A DNA stretch of 36,816 nucleotides from an uncultured Acidimicrobiia bacterium (lineage in GTDB: Bacteria > Actinomycetota > Acidimicrobiia > Spongiisociales > JAOTWH01): contig CAYFYE010000012.1 in assembly GCA_964347285.1 (NCBI GenBank), positions 1 through 36,816 on the forward strand, read 5' to 3'. Position numbers and translations under genes: made by a program. Under the pieces are notes generated by a model. That model saw only the letters and a list, made by a program, of their open reading frames with translations, was not told where the DNA came from and ran no database searches. Of the stretch, positions 1 through 8,387 are shown one piece after another (the stretch's first letter is position 1; every line of letters starts with the position of its first letter).

Positions 1-54
1 AACCAGTGACCTCTGCCGTGTGAAGGCAGCGCTCTCCCGCTGAGCTAAGCGCCC
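1..54 (-). tRNA. tRNA-Val(CAC), 5' part (3' end runs off the window start)
   Basis: Reverse complement reads GGGCGCTTAGCTCAGCGGGAGAGCGCTGCCTTCACACGGCAGAGGTCACTGGTT: acceptor 5' strand, D-arm TAGCTCAG, anticodon stem CTGCC/GGCAG with loop TTCACAC (anticodon CAC), and start of the T-arm GGTT. Confidence 0.95.
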
Positions 55-89
55 GCCTGAGTTGCGATGGTAGCGGTGACGGCGCCCGC

Positions 90-1133
90 CTAGCCCTCGA
101 GGCCCGGCAGCGCCTCACCCCGGCTGAAGGCCCCGAGGACCTGACTCGCCTCGGGATCGCGGGGCGCCAAATACGACACGCCGCCTTCGGAGGCGTCGCG
201 CACGGGAAGGGTTGCGCTCTCGATTCCGTCGGTCCACGCCAGGCGCCAACCGATGGCGATCAGATCGGTGAGGGACAGGCCCTCGTCGGCGGCAATGCTC
301 TCCCCCACCGACCCGGCCAGCCACGGCAACGTGAAGAACCGGGCCGGAGAGATGGCTCGATCGAGCAGTTGATACAGCACCTGTTGCTGCCGGGTCGTGC
401 GGGCGATGTCGCCCTGATCGACCGCGACCCAGCCGCCACCCTGCAGCTCTTCATAGCTGCGGGACCGCACGTAGGCCAGTGCCTGCGGACCGTCGAGGTG
501 CTCGGTCCCGGCCGCCACCGCCAGCCCGGACTTGTTGTCCCGGGCCTCGTAGGGGAACGAGATCGAAACGCCCCCGAGCCCGTCGACGACGTCGGCGAAC
601 TCGGCGAAGCCCACCTCGATGTAGTGGTGGATGGGCAGCCCGGTGGCCGACTTGACCACTTGCACCAGGAGGTCGGGACCGCCGAAGGCGTAGGCGGCGT
701 TGACCCGGTCGGTGCCGTGGCCGGGGATGTCCACCTTGAGATCGCGGGGAATGCTGAGCATCTGCACCCCGCCCCCGGCGGCGTGAAAGACGATGATCAC
801 ATCGGCCCGCTCTCCCCCGAAATCGCCGAAGAAGCCCCCCAACTCAGGGGTCAGGTTCTCCCGGCTGTCGCTTCCCACCAGCAGGTAATTGGTGGGCCCG
901 GGTCCGGCCGGATCCAGGCTGACGAGCTCCTCCGATGGGATGTGGTCGATGCGGCTGGTGAGCAGCCAGGCCGCCACCGCCCCCCAGGCCGCCACCGCCG
1001 CCAGCACCAGAACCAGTCCAATGGCGAGGCGCTTCGGCCAACGGCGGCGGCGCGGCGCCGCCTCTCGGGGCTGGGGCCGGGGTGGGGCAGGTGGGCCCGA
1101 GTCCGGCGCGATCGTCAGTTCTTCAGTGTCCAA
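90..1133 (-). CDS. LCP (LytR-CpsA-Psr) family cell-wall glycopolymer transferase
   Basis: Basic stretch plus one N-terminal TM helix; motifs LLVGSDSRE, RADVI, LSIPRD, RVNAAYAFGG, ALAYVRSR, DIARTTRQQ. Confidence 0.93.
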   Translation of the reverse strand: MDTEELTIAPDSGPPAPPRPQPREAAPRRRRWPKRLAIGLVLVLAAVAAWGAVAAWLLTSRIDHIPSEELVSLDPAGPGPTNYLLVGSDSRENLTPELGGFFGDFGGERADVIIVFHAAGGGVQMLSIPRDLKVDIPGHGTDRVNAAYAFGGPDLLVQVVKSATGLPIHHYIEVGFAEFADVVDGLGGVSISFPYEARDNKSGLAVAAGTEHLDGPQALAYVRSRSYEELQGGGWVAVDQGDIARTTRQQQVLYQLLDRAISPARFFTLPWLAGSVGESIAADEGLSLTDLIAIGWRLAWTDGIESATLPVRDASEGGVSYLAPRDPEASQVLGAFSRGEALPGLEG

Positions 1134-1309
1134 AGCATCCCCTTCGCGAACGAGGGTCGGCTACCAAATCACTGGCCGACCTCGGCGAGCATGCTACTAC
1201 CACGATTGGGCGGTCCAGCGGAGCGCCTGGCTACCCGCTAATAGAGGCGGCCGGGTGTCGGGGCCGAGCCCCTTCCAACCCCTTGGGAGGGCTGACCTAA
1301 TCTCGTACC

Positions 1310-1675
1310 GTGGCTAAGAAGATGAGCCGGGCCGCCTTCGAGCGGGTGGTGGACGAGGCGCTCGAGGACCTCCCCCGCTGGGTGGTCGAGTCCGTCGACA
1401 ACCTCCACGTCGTCGTCGAGAAGGCCCCCACCCCCGAACAGGATCCCCACGGCGAGGGTCTGCTCGGCATCTACGAGGGTGTCTCTCTCGCCGATCGGGG
1501 CATGGACTACTACGGAGTGATGCCCGACCGCATCACGATCTTCATGCAGCCCCACCTCGAGCTGGGCCTCAATCGTGACCAGCTGCGCGACGAGATTCGG
1601 GCCACCGTAGTTCACGAAATCGCCCACCATCTCGGCATCGACGACCGGCGATTGGAAGAGCTGGGCTGGGACTAG
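1310..1675 (+). CDS. Zincin-like minimal metallopeptidase family protein
   Basis: LLGIYEGV, PDRITIF and TVVHEIAHHLGIDD (HExxH). TAATCT -10 box 6 nt before the GTG. Confidence 0.9.
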   Translation: MAKKMSRAAFERVVDEALEDLPRWVVESVDNLHVVVEKAPTPEQDPHGEGLLGIYEGVSLADRGMDYYGVMPDRITIFMQPHLELGLNRDQLRDEIRATVVHEIAHHLGIDDRRLEELGWD

Positions 1676-1734
1676 TCGCCCGGCAGACACAAAAGGGGCT
1701 TATCAACGGGGCGCCAAATGCCGATGACTCGGCC

Positions 1735-1932
1735 ATGGACCCGTTCGAGGTGATCCACGACCCGTACCGGCGCTGTGAGGAACAGTGCAACCACGATCTG
1801 GCCCGCGGCATCCTCGTCAGCGATCTCCTCGAAGGCGACGGCCCCCATCCTCCCTCTCACCTGATCGTCAACTTCAGCCTGCAGCGGTCCGCGTTCATGG
1901 ACGACGACGAGCCGCTCGCCGCCAGCGGCTGA
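1735..1932 (+). CDS. Small hypothetical protein (65 aa)
   Basis: Third codon positions are mostly G/C and the ORF fills the intergenic gap. Contains a CxxxCxH motif; no recognised family. Confidence 0.6.
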   Translation: MDPFEVIHDPYRRCEEQCNHDLARGILVSDLLEGDGPHPPSHLIVNFSLQRSAFMDDDEPLAASG

Positions 1933-1993
1933 GCCTCGCTCCTCCTCGCACTAAGGTTCGGCGCCTCTCGACCCCCGAAAGGAGGCGGAACGC

Positions 1994-2215
1994 GTGGAAG
2001 ATCTCATCCGCCAGATCACCGAGAAGTTCGACATCGACGCCGACAAGGCCAAAGGCATCGTCGGCACGGTGGCGGACTTCGCCAAGGACAAGCTGCCGGA
2101 GCCCATCGCCGGCCAAGTGTCGAAGCTGCTCGGAGGCAGCGAAGGCGGCGGCGAAAGCAGCGATGCGGGAGGCGGTCTGCTCGATCAGGGCAAGGGCCTG
2201 TTCGGAGGGGACTGA
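1994..2215 (+). CDS. Small conserved hypothetical protein (helical N-terminus, Gly-rich tail)
   Basis: Strong SD AAGGAGG about 8 nt before the GTG and high GC3. The LIRQITEKFDI..KAKGIVGTVADFAKDKLPEPIAGQV pattern resembles widespread small uncharacterised proteins. Confidence 0.8.
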   Translation: MEDLIRQITEKFDIDADKAKGIVGTVADFAKDKLPEPIAGQVSKLLGGSEGGGESSDAGGGLLDQGKGLFGGD

Positions 2216-2230
2216 GCCCTATACAGGTAC

Positions 2231-2266
2231 CAAAACGAAACGCCTCCCGCCTTGGGAGGCGTTTCG
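2231..2266. terminator. Intrinsic terminator hairpin, U-tract on the minus strand (possibly bidirectional)
   Basis: 13-bp perfect stem CGAAACGCCTCCC/GGGAGGCGTTTCG (2236-2266) with a 5-nt loop. AAAA at 2232-2235 gives a U run on the minus strand. Confidence 0.75.
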
Positions 2267-2335
2267 CCATGTTCGGCCACCCGACGAAACGAAGTCTCGG
2301 GTGGGAGCCGGGTGCCCGGCTCTCCCCTCCCAGTG
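2231..2335 (-). ncRNA. Candidate structured small RNA divergent from plsB
   Basis: Minus-strand -10 TACGTT (2347-2342), two abutting hairpins (2305-2322 and 2277-2304), then a terminator with a U tract. Not a family I recognise. Confidence 0.35.
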
Positions 2336-2357
2336 AGGGAAAACGTAGACTCGGTCG

Positions 2358-4733
2358 ATGGCCGACCAAGCCACCTTCCCGCTCATCGACGAGCCCCCCT
2401 GGCCACATCACGATGGCCGTCCGGTGGTCTTCCTCCTGGATGCCTCCAGCCCTCTCGAGCGCCGCCTGCTGCTCGGCTGGATCGACCGTCACCAGCCCGA
2501 CGACCTCGCTCCCGGAGAAGTGGAGCACGCCTCGCTTCCCCGCTCGAGGCGCCGGCCCCAAGGGGAGGCGTCGGTCGACCCTCGCCTGCAGATGATCATG
2601 CTGGAGGAGGAGGGCTACGACCCCCTGTTGGTGCCGGTGCGGGTGGTCTGGATGGCTCCGGAGCGCGCCGGGGTACGGGCGGTACGGCCGATCGACCTCC
2701 TCAAGCTCGGAGATCCTCGAGACCCCGATTGGCTCCGCCAGCACTGGATACTGCGCCGTCACCCCGACCGGTGCCGGATCGTGGCCGGCGAGCCGGCCAC
2801 GGCCTCCGATCTGAGGGCCCGCTGGCGAGAGCGCACGCTGCCCGGTGCCCCCGACGACGCCGGTCTTCCCGCCTTCGTCACCGTGCAGGCCGGACTGGCA
2901 CTGGAGCGGGCCGAGCGCACCCTGCGAGGAGATCGCTACAAGGTGCCCAAGTTCGTGCAGCAGGATCTGCTGAGCCGGCGCGCCTTCAAGGTGGGGTTGC
3001 ACCGGCTGGCCCAGGAGACCCGCTGGCCCGCCGAGCGCGTGCCCCGCAAGGCGGTGAAGTACCTGCGGGAGATCGCCGCCACCCACAGCCCGTACGTCAT
3101 CGACCTCCTTGCTCACTTCACCCGCTTCCTCATCGACAAGTCATACGGAGGCCGGGTCGAGTACGACCGCAAGCACCTGGCCGAGGTGTACGCATTGTGC
3201 GAGCAATACCCGCTGGTCTTCCTGCCCACTCACAAGTCCTACATCGACACGCTGATGCTGCGCTACGTCCTCTACGAGAACGACTACCCGCAAAACCACA
3301 CCGCCGGCGGGATCAACATGAACTTCTTCCCCATTGGTCCTTTTGTGCGCCGCGCCGGTGTGTTCTTCATTCGCCGTAGCTTTCGGGACAACCCGGTCTA
3401 CAAATTCGTCCTCCGTCAGTATCTCCGCTATCTCTTGGAGAAGAGCTTCCCGCTGGAGTGGTACATCGAGGGGGGGCGCTCGCGGTCCGGCAAGCTACGG
3501 GAGCCCCGCTTCGGACTGCTGGGCTACGTGGTCGAGTCCTACGAAGCGGGGGCCGCCGAGGACGTGATGCTGGTCCCGGTGTCGATCGCCTACGACCAGA
3601 TCCAAGAAGTCGGCGATTACGTGGCAGAACAACGCCTGGGCCGCAAGCGGGGGGAGAACTTCCGGCGCCTCGTGGAGTACATGCGCGCCTTGCGCCGGCC
3701 CCATGGAGGGGTCTATTTGCGCATCGGCGAGCCGGTGTCGGTGGCCGAAATGGCCCGACCCCCCCACCCGACCACCACCAAGGAGGAGCGGGCCCTGGCG
3801 GTACAGAAGATCGCTTTCGAGGTCTGCGCCCGGATCAACGACGTCACCCCGATCACCCCCATATCACTGGTGACTCTGGCGCTCCTCGGCTCGCCGGAAC
3901 GAGCCCTCACTGCCGCCGAAACGGCTGAGGCGATCCGTCCTTACCTCGAGTTCGTGGTAGCCCGAGGATTGCCCACCACCGAGCCGCTGCGTCTCGATAC
4001 CCCGGCCCAGGTGACCGAGGTCCTCGACCACCTGGTCGAGCACCGGGTGGTGAGCCGCTACGACGCCGGGCCCGATGTCGTCTACGCCGTCGGCCGGGGC
4101 CAGGATCTGGCCGCCGCCTACTACCGCAACACGATCATCCACTTCTTCGTGGAGACGGCCGTCTGCGACCTCGCTCTTTTGGCCGCCGCCGATTCTGCCG
4201 ATCCCGAAACCGGATTGTGGGAAGCCGCCGACCGGCTGCGCGATCTGCTCAAGTTCGAGTTCTTCTTCCCGCGGCGGGCCGCCTACCACAACCGACTCGT
4301 CGAACTGCTCGAGCTGCGCGACCCCGCCTGGCGGGCGTCGCTGTCCGACGGCGAGGCCCGCCGCGTGCTCCGGGAATCGCCTCTCCTCACCGCCCACTGG
4401 GTGCTGCGCCCCTTCCTCGAGGCCTACCGGGTGGTGGCCGAGGCTCTGCTGGAGCTCGATGCCGAGGAACCATTCGAGGAGAAACCGTTCCTGCGGTCGG
4501 CGCTCGCCCTGGGGCGCCAGTATTTGTTGCAGCGCCGCCTGGAGAGCCCGGAATCGGTCTCGGCCGAGTTGTTCCGCACCGCCCTGCGCCTGGCAGACAA
4601 TCGCGGCCTCCTCGAAGCGCTCGACACCGCCGAGGCCCGTAAGCAGTTCGCCGCGGAGATCTCCGATGTCCTCGACGACATCTACGTCGTGGAGGCGGTA
4701 GCCGCAGCTCGGCGGGCCGGAGTGGCCGACTAG
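2358..4733 (+). CDS. plsB: Glycerol-3-phosphate 1-O-acyltransferase (actinobacterial PlsB type)
   Basis: Acyltransferase blocks HKSYID (HxxxxD), GVFFIRRSF, YIEGGRSRSGK, VPVSIAYDQ; C-terminal DLLKFEFFF. Confidence 0.93.
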   Translation: MADQATFPLIDEPPWPHHDGRPVVFLLDASSPLERRLLLGWIDRHQPDDLAPGEVEHASLPRSRRRPQGEASVDPRLQMIMLEEEGYDPLLVPVRVVWMAPERAGVRAVRPIDLLKLGDPRDPDWLRQHWILRRHPDRCRIVAGEPATASDLRARWRERTLPGAPDDAGLPAFVTVQAGLALERAERTLRGDRYKVPKFVQQDLLSRRAFKVGLHRLAQETRWPAERVPRKAVKYLREIAATHSPYVIDLLAHFTRFLIDKSYGGRVEYDRKHLAEVYALCEQYPLVFLPTHKSYIDTLMLRYVLYENDYPQNHTAGGINMNFFPIGPFVRRAGVFFIRRSFRDNPVYKFVLRQYLRYLLEKSFPLEWYIEGGRSRSGKLREPRFGLLGYVVESYEAGAAEDVMLVPVSIAYDQIQEVGDYVAEQRLGRKRGENFRRLVEYMRALRRPHGGVYLRIGEPVSVAEMARPPHPTTTKEERALAVQKIAFEVCARINDVTPITPISLVTLALLGSPERALTAAETAEAIRPYLEFVVARGLPTTEPLRLDTPAQVTEVLDHLVEHRVVSRYDAGPDVVYAVGRGQDLAAAYYRNTIIHFFVETAVCDLALLAAADSADPETGLWEAADRLRDLLKFEFFFPRRAAYHNRLVELLELRDPAWRASLSDGEARRVLRESPLLTAHWVLRPFLEAYRVVAEALLELDAEEPFEEKPFLRSALALGRQYLLQRRLESPESVSAELFRTALRLADNRGLLEALDTAEARKQFAAEISDVLDDIYVVEAVAAARRAGVAD

Positions 4734-6248
4734 ATGGAATGGGCCCGCTCGGCAGGGATCCTCCTTCACCCCACCAGCCTTCCCGGCCGCTTCGGGATCG
4801 GCGATCTGGGCCCCGAGGCCTATCGCTGGGTCGACTGGGTGGCCGAGACCGAGTGCCGGCTGTGGCAGGTCCTTCCACTCGGTCCCACCGGATACGCCGA
4901 CTCCCCGTACCAGTCGTTCTCGTCCTTTGCCGGCAACCCCTACCTGGTCAGCCCCGAGCTGCTGGCCGAAGAGGGCCTCCTCGAGAGCGACGACCTCATC
5001 GATGCCCCCGACTTCCCCACCGCCCAGGTGGCCTACGACCGCGTCATCCGATGGAAGCTGGCGCTGCTCGATCGTGCCCATGAGAGATTCGAGCGAGGAG
5101 GTCGAGGCGAGCTCGCCGATGAATTCCAAGCCTTCCGCCAGGAGGAAGCGGACTGGCTGGACGAGTTCGTCCTCTTCATGGCGATCAAGGACGCCCACGA
5201 CCTCCGCCCCTGGTGGGAATGGCCGTCCGAACTGCGGCACCGCGACACCGACGCCCTGGTTGCGGCCCGGGATCGGCTCAGGGCCGGTTGCGAGCGCCAC
5301 GCCTTCCGCCAGCTCCTGTTCTTCCGCCAATGGCGCCTGTTGCACGCCCATGCCGCCGCCCGGGGCATCGCCGTGGTGGGAGATATTCCCCTCTACGTGG
5401 CCCACGACTCGGCCGACGTCTGGGCCCGGCCCGATATGTTTGCGATCGATACGGAGAGCGGCCAGCCCACGCTGATCTCCGGCGTGCCGCCCGACCTGTT
5501 CTCGCCGAACGGGCAGCGCTGGGGCAACCCCCAGTACCGCTGGGAGGTGATGGCCGACGACGGGTATGAGTGGTGGATCCGGCGCCTCCAGGCCAACCTC
5601 GACGAGGTCGACATCCTGCGGATCGACCACTTCACCGGCTTTGCCAAGTACTGGGAGATTCCCGCCGAGCTGCCGACCGCCGAGGTGGGACGATGGGTGG
5701 ACGGCCCCGGCGAGGCATTCTTCGAGGCCGTGCGGGAGCGCATCGGCGACGCCGCCATCATCGCCGAAGACCTGGGCCCCCTCGGCGACGAAGTCGAGCA
5801 GTTGCGGGTCACGCTGGGCCTCCCCGGAATGAAGGTCCTCCAGCAGGCTTTCGGCGGCGACCCCGACGACCTGTTTCTCCCCCACCGGTATGCCGAGGAC
5901 TTCGTGGCCTACACCGGCACCCACGACAACAACACCGCCCGAGGCTGGTTCGAGGCAGCCCCCGAAGAGGAGCGTTCCCGGGTACTCCAGTACCTCGGGG
6001 TGAGCGGCGAAGACATCGCCTGGGACATGATCCGGGCGGTGTGGGCCTCGGTCGCCCTGATCGCCGTGGCCCCGGTGCAGGACTTCCTCGACCTCGGCGG
6101 CGAGGCCCGCATGAACCACCCCGGAACCATCGGGGGCAACTGGAGGTGGCGCATGGCTCCCGGTGCGGCCTCTCCGGAGCTGGCGGACCGGATCGCCGCG
6201 CTCAACCGTCGCTACGACCGGGCCCGCCCGGCCCTTTCCTCTCCCTAG
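4734..6248 (+). CDS. malQ: 4-alpha-glucanotransferase (amylomaltase, GH77)
   Basis: GILLHPTSLP, WQVLPLGP, SPYQSFSSFAGN, GDIPLYV, GQRWGNP, RIDHF, IAEDLG, YTGTHDN, RMNHPG..GNWRWR. Confidence 0.96.
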   Translation: MEWARSAGILLHPTSLPGRFGIGDLGPEAYRWVDWVAETECRLWQVLPLGPTGYADSPYQSFSSFAGNPYLVSPELLAEEGLLESDDLIDAPDFPTAQVAYDRVIRWKLALLDRAHERFERGGRGELADEFQAFRQEEADWLDEFVLFMAIKDAHDLRPWWEWPSELRHRDTDALVAARDRLRAGCERHAFRQLLFFRQWRLLHAHAAARGIAVVGDIPLYVAHDSADVWARPDMFAIDTESGQPTLISGVPPDLFSPNGQRWGNPQYRWEVMADDGYEWWIRRLQANLDEVDILRIDHFTGFAKYWEIPAELPTAEVGRWVDGPGEAFFEAVRERIGDAAIIAEDLGPLGDEVEQLRVTLGLPGMKVLQQAFGGDPDDLFLPHRYAEDFVAYTGTHDNNTARGWFEAAPEEERSRVLQYLGVSGEDIAWDMIRAVWASVALIAVAPVQDFLDLGGEARMNHPGTIGGNWRWRMAPGAASPELADRIAALNRRYDRARPALSSP

Positions 6249-6261
6249 GCCGCTCGAAACC

Positions 6262-6891
6262 CTACTTCTTCGCCGCCTCGTAGTAGGGGTTGGTCCCCGA
6301 GGCATGGTCGGTCACATCCACCACCCGCTTCACTTCGGGGATGGCCGCCATCAGCGTCGTTTCGATCCCTTGACCGAGGGTCACCTGGGCCAGACCACAG
6401 CCCTGGCATCCTCCTCCCAACCGCAGGTACACCGTTCCGTCCTCCTCGGCGACCAGCTCGGCGTAGCCGCCGTGCGAGGCGATGGCCGGGTTGATCTGGG
6501 TCTGCAGGACCTGATTGACCTGCTCTGCCAGGGGGCCCGACAGGTCGGGTGGAGCCGCGCCGGGGTCGAAGATCTGGGGACTGGGGCTGTTGGGATTGGT
6601 GAGCACCAGGCCCGGATTGAGCAAGTCGCGGGACAGATCGAGAGTGGCCCCACGCAGGTCGTCCACGCTGTCGGCCGGATAGAAGGTGGACAGCTCCCCG
6701 TGCTGTTCGACGACGGCGTCCGGGGCGACGTCCTCGAGGCGCACCAGGACCATTTCGTAGGAGAACTGCGTGCCGGAGATTCCCGAGATCTTGATCCCGA
6801 GGGCCAATTCGTCCTCATCGGGCTCCTGGCTGCGAATCTCGAGGATCTTGGCCAGGGCCTTGTCGGTGATCGTGAGGACGCGATCGCTCAT
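6262..6891 (-). CDS. nfuA: Fe-S cluster carrier NfuA (degenerate A-type domain plus NifU C-terminal domain)
   Basis: N-terminal LTITDKA...FSYEM A-type-like domain; C-terminal INPAIASHGG, LGGGCQGC, DVTDHASGTNPYY. Start reset to the ATG at 6891 (TAGCAT -10 box 8 nt upstream). Confidence 0.9.
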   Translation of the reverse strand: MSDRVLTITDKALAKILEIRSQEPDEDELALGIKISGISGTQFSYEMVLVRLEDVAPDAVVEQHGELSTFYPADSVDDLRGATLDLSRDLLNPGLVLTNPNSPSPQIFDPGAAPPDLSGPLAEQVNQVLQTQINPAIASHGGYAELVAEEDGTVYLRLGGGCQGCGLAQVTLGQGIETTLMAAIPEVKRVVDVTDHASGTNPYYEAAKK

Positions 6892-6945
6892 GGCCGACAA
6901 TGCTAGGGGGGCACGGGCCCAAATCGGGTCGGCCATCATGAGGGC

Positions 6946-8202
6946 ATGCATCGCATCGCGCTGATCCTCCCGACGTCCACGTATCGGGCCAAGGACTTCC
7001 TGGACGCCGCCCGGGCCATCGACGCCGCAGTTGTGGTGGCCTCGGAACGAGGCCAAGCGCTCGCCGACGCCATGGGGGATCGCTTCGTCCGCATCGATTT
7101 GACCCGACCGCAATGGTCGGCGGACCGGATCGTCGAGCGTGGGCCCTTCGACGCGGTCGTGCCGGTGGACGATCAGGGGGTGATGATCGCCGCCTTGGCC
7201 GCCGAGAAGCTCCAATTGCCGCACAACCCCCCACCGGCGGTGGCGCTGACCGGAAACAAGAGCGAGATGCGCCGGGCCCTGGCTGAAGCCGGGGTAACCC
7301 AGCCCGATTTCACCCTCGTGGACTCCGACGACGATGCCGGCGCCGTCGTCGCCGCTCTCGGGCCTCCGTGCGTGTTGAAGCCCTTGTCGCTGTCGGCCAG
7401 CCAGGGGGTCATCCGGGTCGATGATCCTTCTCGGGCCCCTGAGACGGCCGAACGCATCCGGGCCATCGTGGCCGGAGCCGGAGGTCCTCCCGAGGCGCCC
7501 CTGCTCGCCGAGCGCTACCTTCCTGGCGCCGAGGTGGCGGTCGAGGGCATGGTGGCCGAGGGCCGGCTGCTGGCCCTGGCCGTCCTCGACAAGCCGGAGC
7601 CACTCGAGGGCCCCTATTTCGAAGAGACGATGTTCGTCGCCCCGTCCCGACTGGGATGGCAGATGCGGGGGGAAGTGGTCGGCGCCGCCCAGGCCGCGGT
7701 CACCGCCCTCGGGCTGTACGAAGGACCGATCCACGCCGAGCTGCGGGTCGTCGACGGCACGCCTTACGTCCTCGAGGTGGCCGCCCGACCCATCGGCGGC
7801 CTGTGCAGCCGCGCCCTCCGATTTGGACTGCTCGGAGCCAGCCTGGAGAGCGTGCTGCTCCGCCACGCCCTGCGACTCCCCCAGGCCGGGCTCGATCCCC
7901 TGGCGGCAGCGACCGGTGTGATGATGCTGCCGATCCCGGAGCGGGGCGTGCTCGAAAGGGTGGACGGGCGCAATCGGGCCCTGGCCGTGCCCGGCGTCCT
8001 CGACCTCCAGATCACGATCCCACCCGGAGAGCCCGTGATTCCCCTGCCCGAAGGCAACCGCTACCTGGGATTCCTCTTTGCCCGGGGCGCCAATCCCGTC
8101 TCCGTCGAAGAATCACTGCGGGCCGGCCTGGCCGCCCTCGACGTCCGGATCGCCCCGCCACCGGGGACGGCGGACGGTGGGGTATCATCGCTCCCTTCCT
8201 GA
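6946..8202 (+). CDS. ATP-grasp domain protein (L-amino-acid-ligase-like)
   Basis: NKSEMRRAL, PCVLKPLSLSASQGVIRV, LAERYLPGAEVAVEG, HAELRV, LEVAARPIGG. Confidence 0.88.
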   Translation: MHRIALILPTSTYRAKDFLDAARAIDAAVVVASERGQALADAMGDRFVRIDLTRPQWSADRIVERGPFDAVVPVDDQGVMIAALAAEKLQLPHNPPPAVALTGNKSEMRRALAEAGVTQPDFTLVDSDDDAGAVVAALGPPCVLKPLSLSASQGVIRVDDPSRAPETAERIRAIVAGAGGPPEAPLLAERYLPGAEVAVEGMVAEGRLLALAVLDKPEPLEGPYFEETMFVAPSRLGWQMRGEVVGAAQAAVTALGLYEGPIHAELRVVDGTPYVLEVAARPIGGLCSRALRFGLLGASLESVLLRHALRLPQAGLDPLAAATGVMMLPIPERGVLERVDGRNRALAVPGVLDLQITIPPGEPVIPLPEGNRYLGFLFARGANPVSVEESLRAGLAALDVRIAPPPGTADGGVSSLPS

Positions 8203-8387
8203 TGGCTGCCAAGAACACCAAGAGCGGCTCGGCCTCCGCCAAGACGTCCTCCAAGAAGGCGACCACGGCCAAGAAACCGGCGGCGAAGAAGGCCTCGGCT
8301 GCCAAGAAGCCGGCGGCGAAGACCACCAAGAAGGCGCCGGCCAAGGCCGCCCCGCAGGCGCCGGCCAAGCCCCGAAAGAAGACGCCG
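8202..8387 (+). repeat. Histone-H1-like AKKPAAK low-complexity coding repeats
   Basis: 62 aa with 18 Lys, 1 Arg, 19 Ala and no acidic residues; AKKPAAK occurs twice, plus KKAPAK. Confidence 0.85.

Noticed and set aside
1..90. tRNA-Val as an integration site for a mobile element
   Set aside because: No integrase, att duplication or compositional shift; the window lies on the tRNA's 5' side.
1151..1184. Bulged hairpin in the LCP gene leader as a riboswitch
   Set aside because: A single stem with no recognisable aptamer consensus; could be chance in GC-rich DNA.
3864..6305. Long antisense or alternative-frame ORFs (e.g. 813 aa here, 888 aa at 28409-31075, 728 aa at 25409-27595)
   Set aside because: Shadow ORFs expected in high-GC DNA opposite well-supported genes; they show no family motifs.
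6262..7866. Apparent long fusion ORFs in the track (534 aa NfuA, 411 aa CarD, 592 aa PotC, 775 aa aminotransferase, 744 aa oxidoreductase)
   Set aside because: Their N-terminal extensions overlap real genes in other frames; the true starts are internal and supported by SD, -10 or stop-start overlap.
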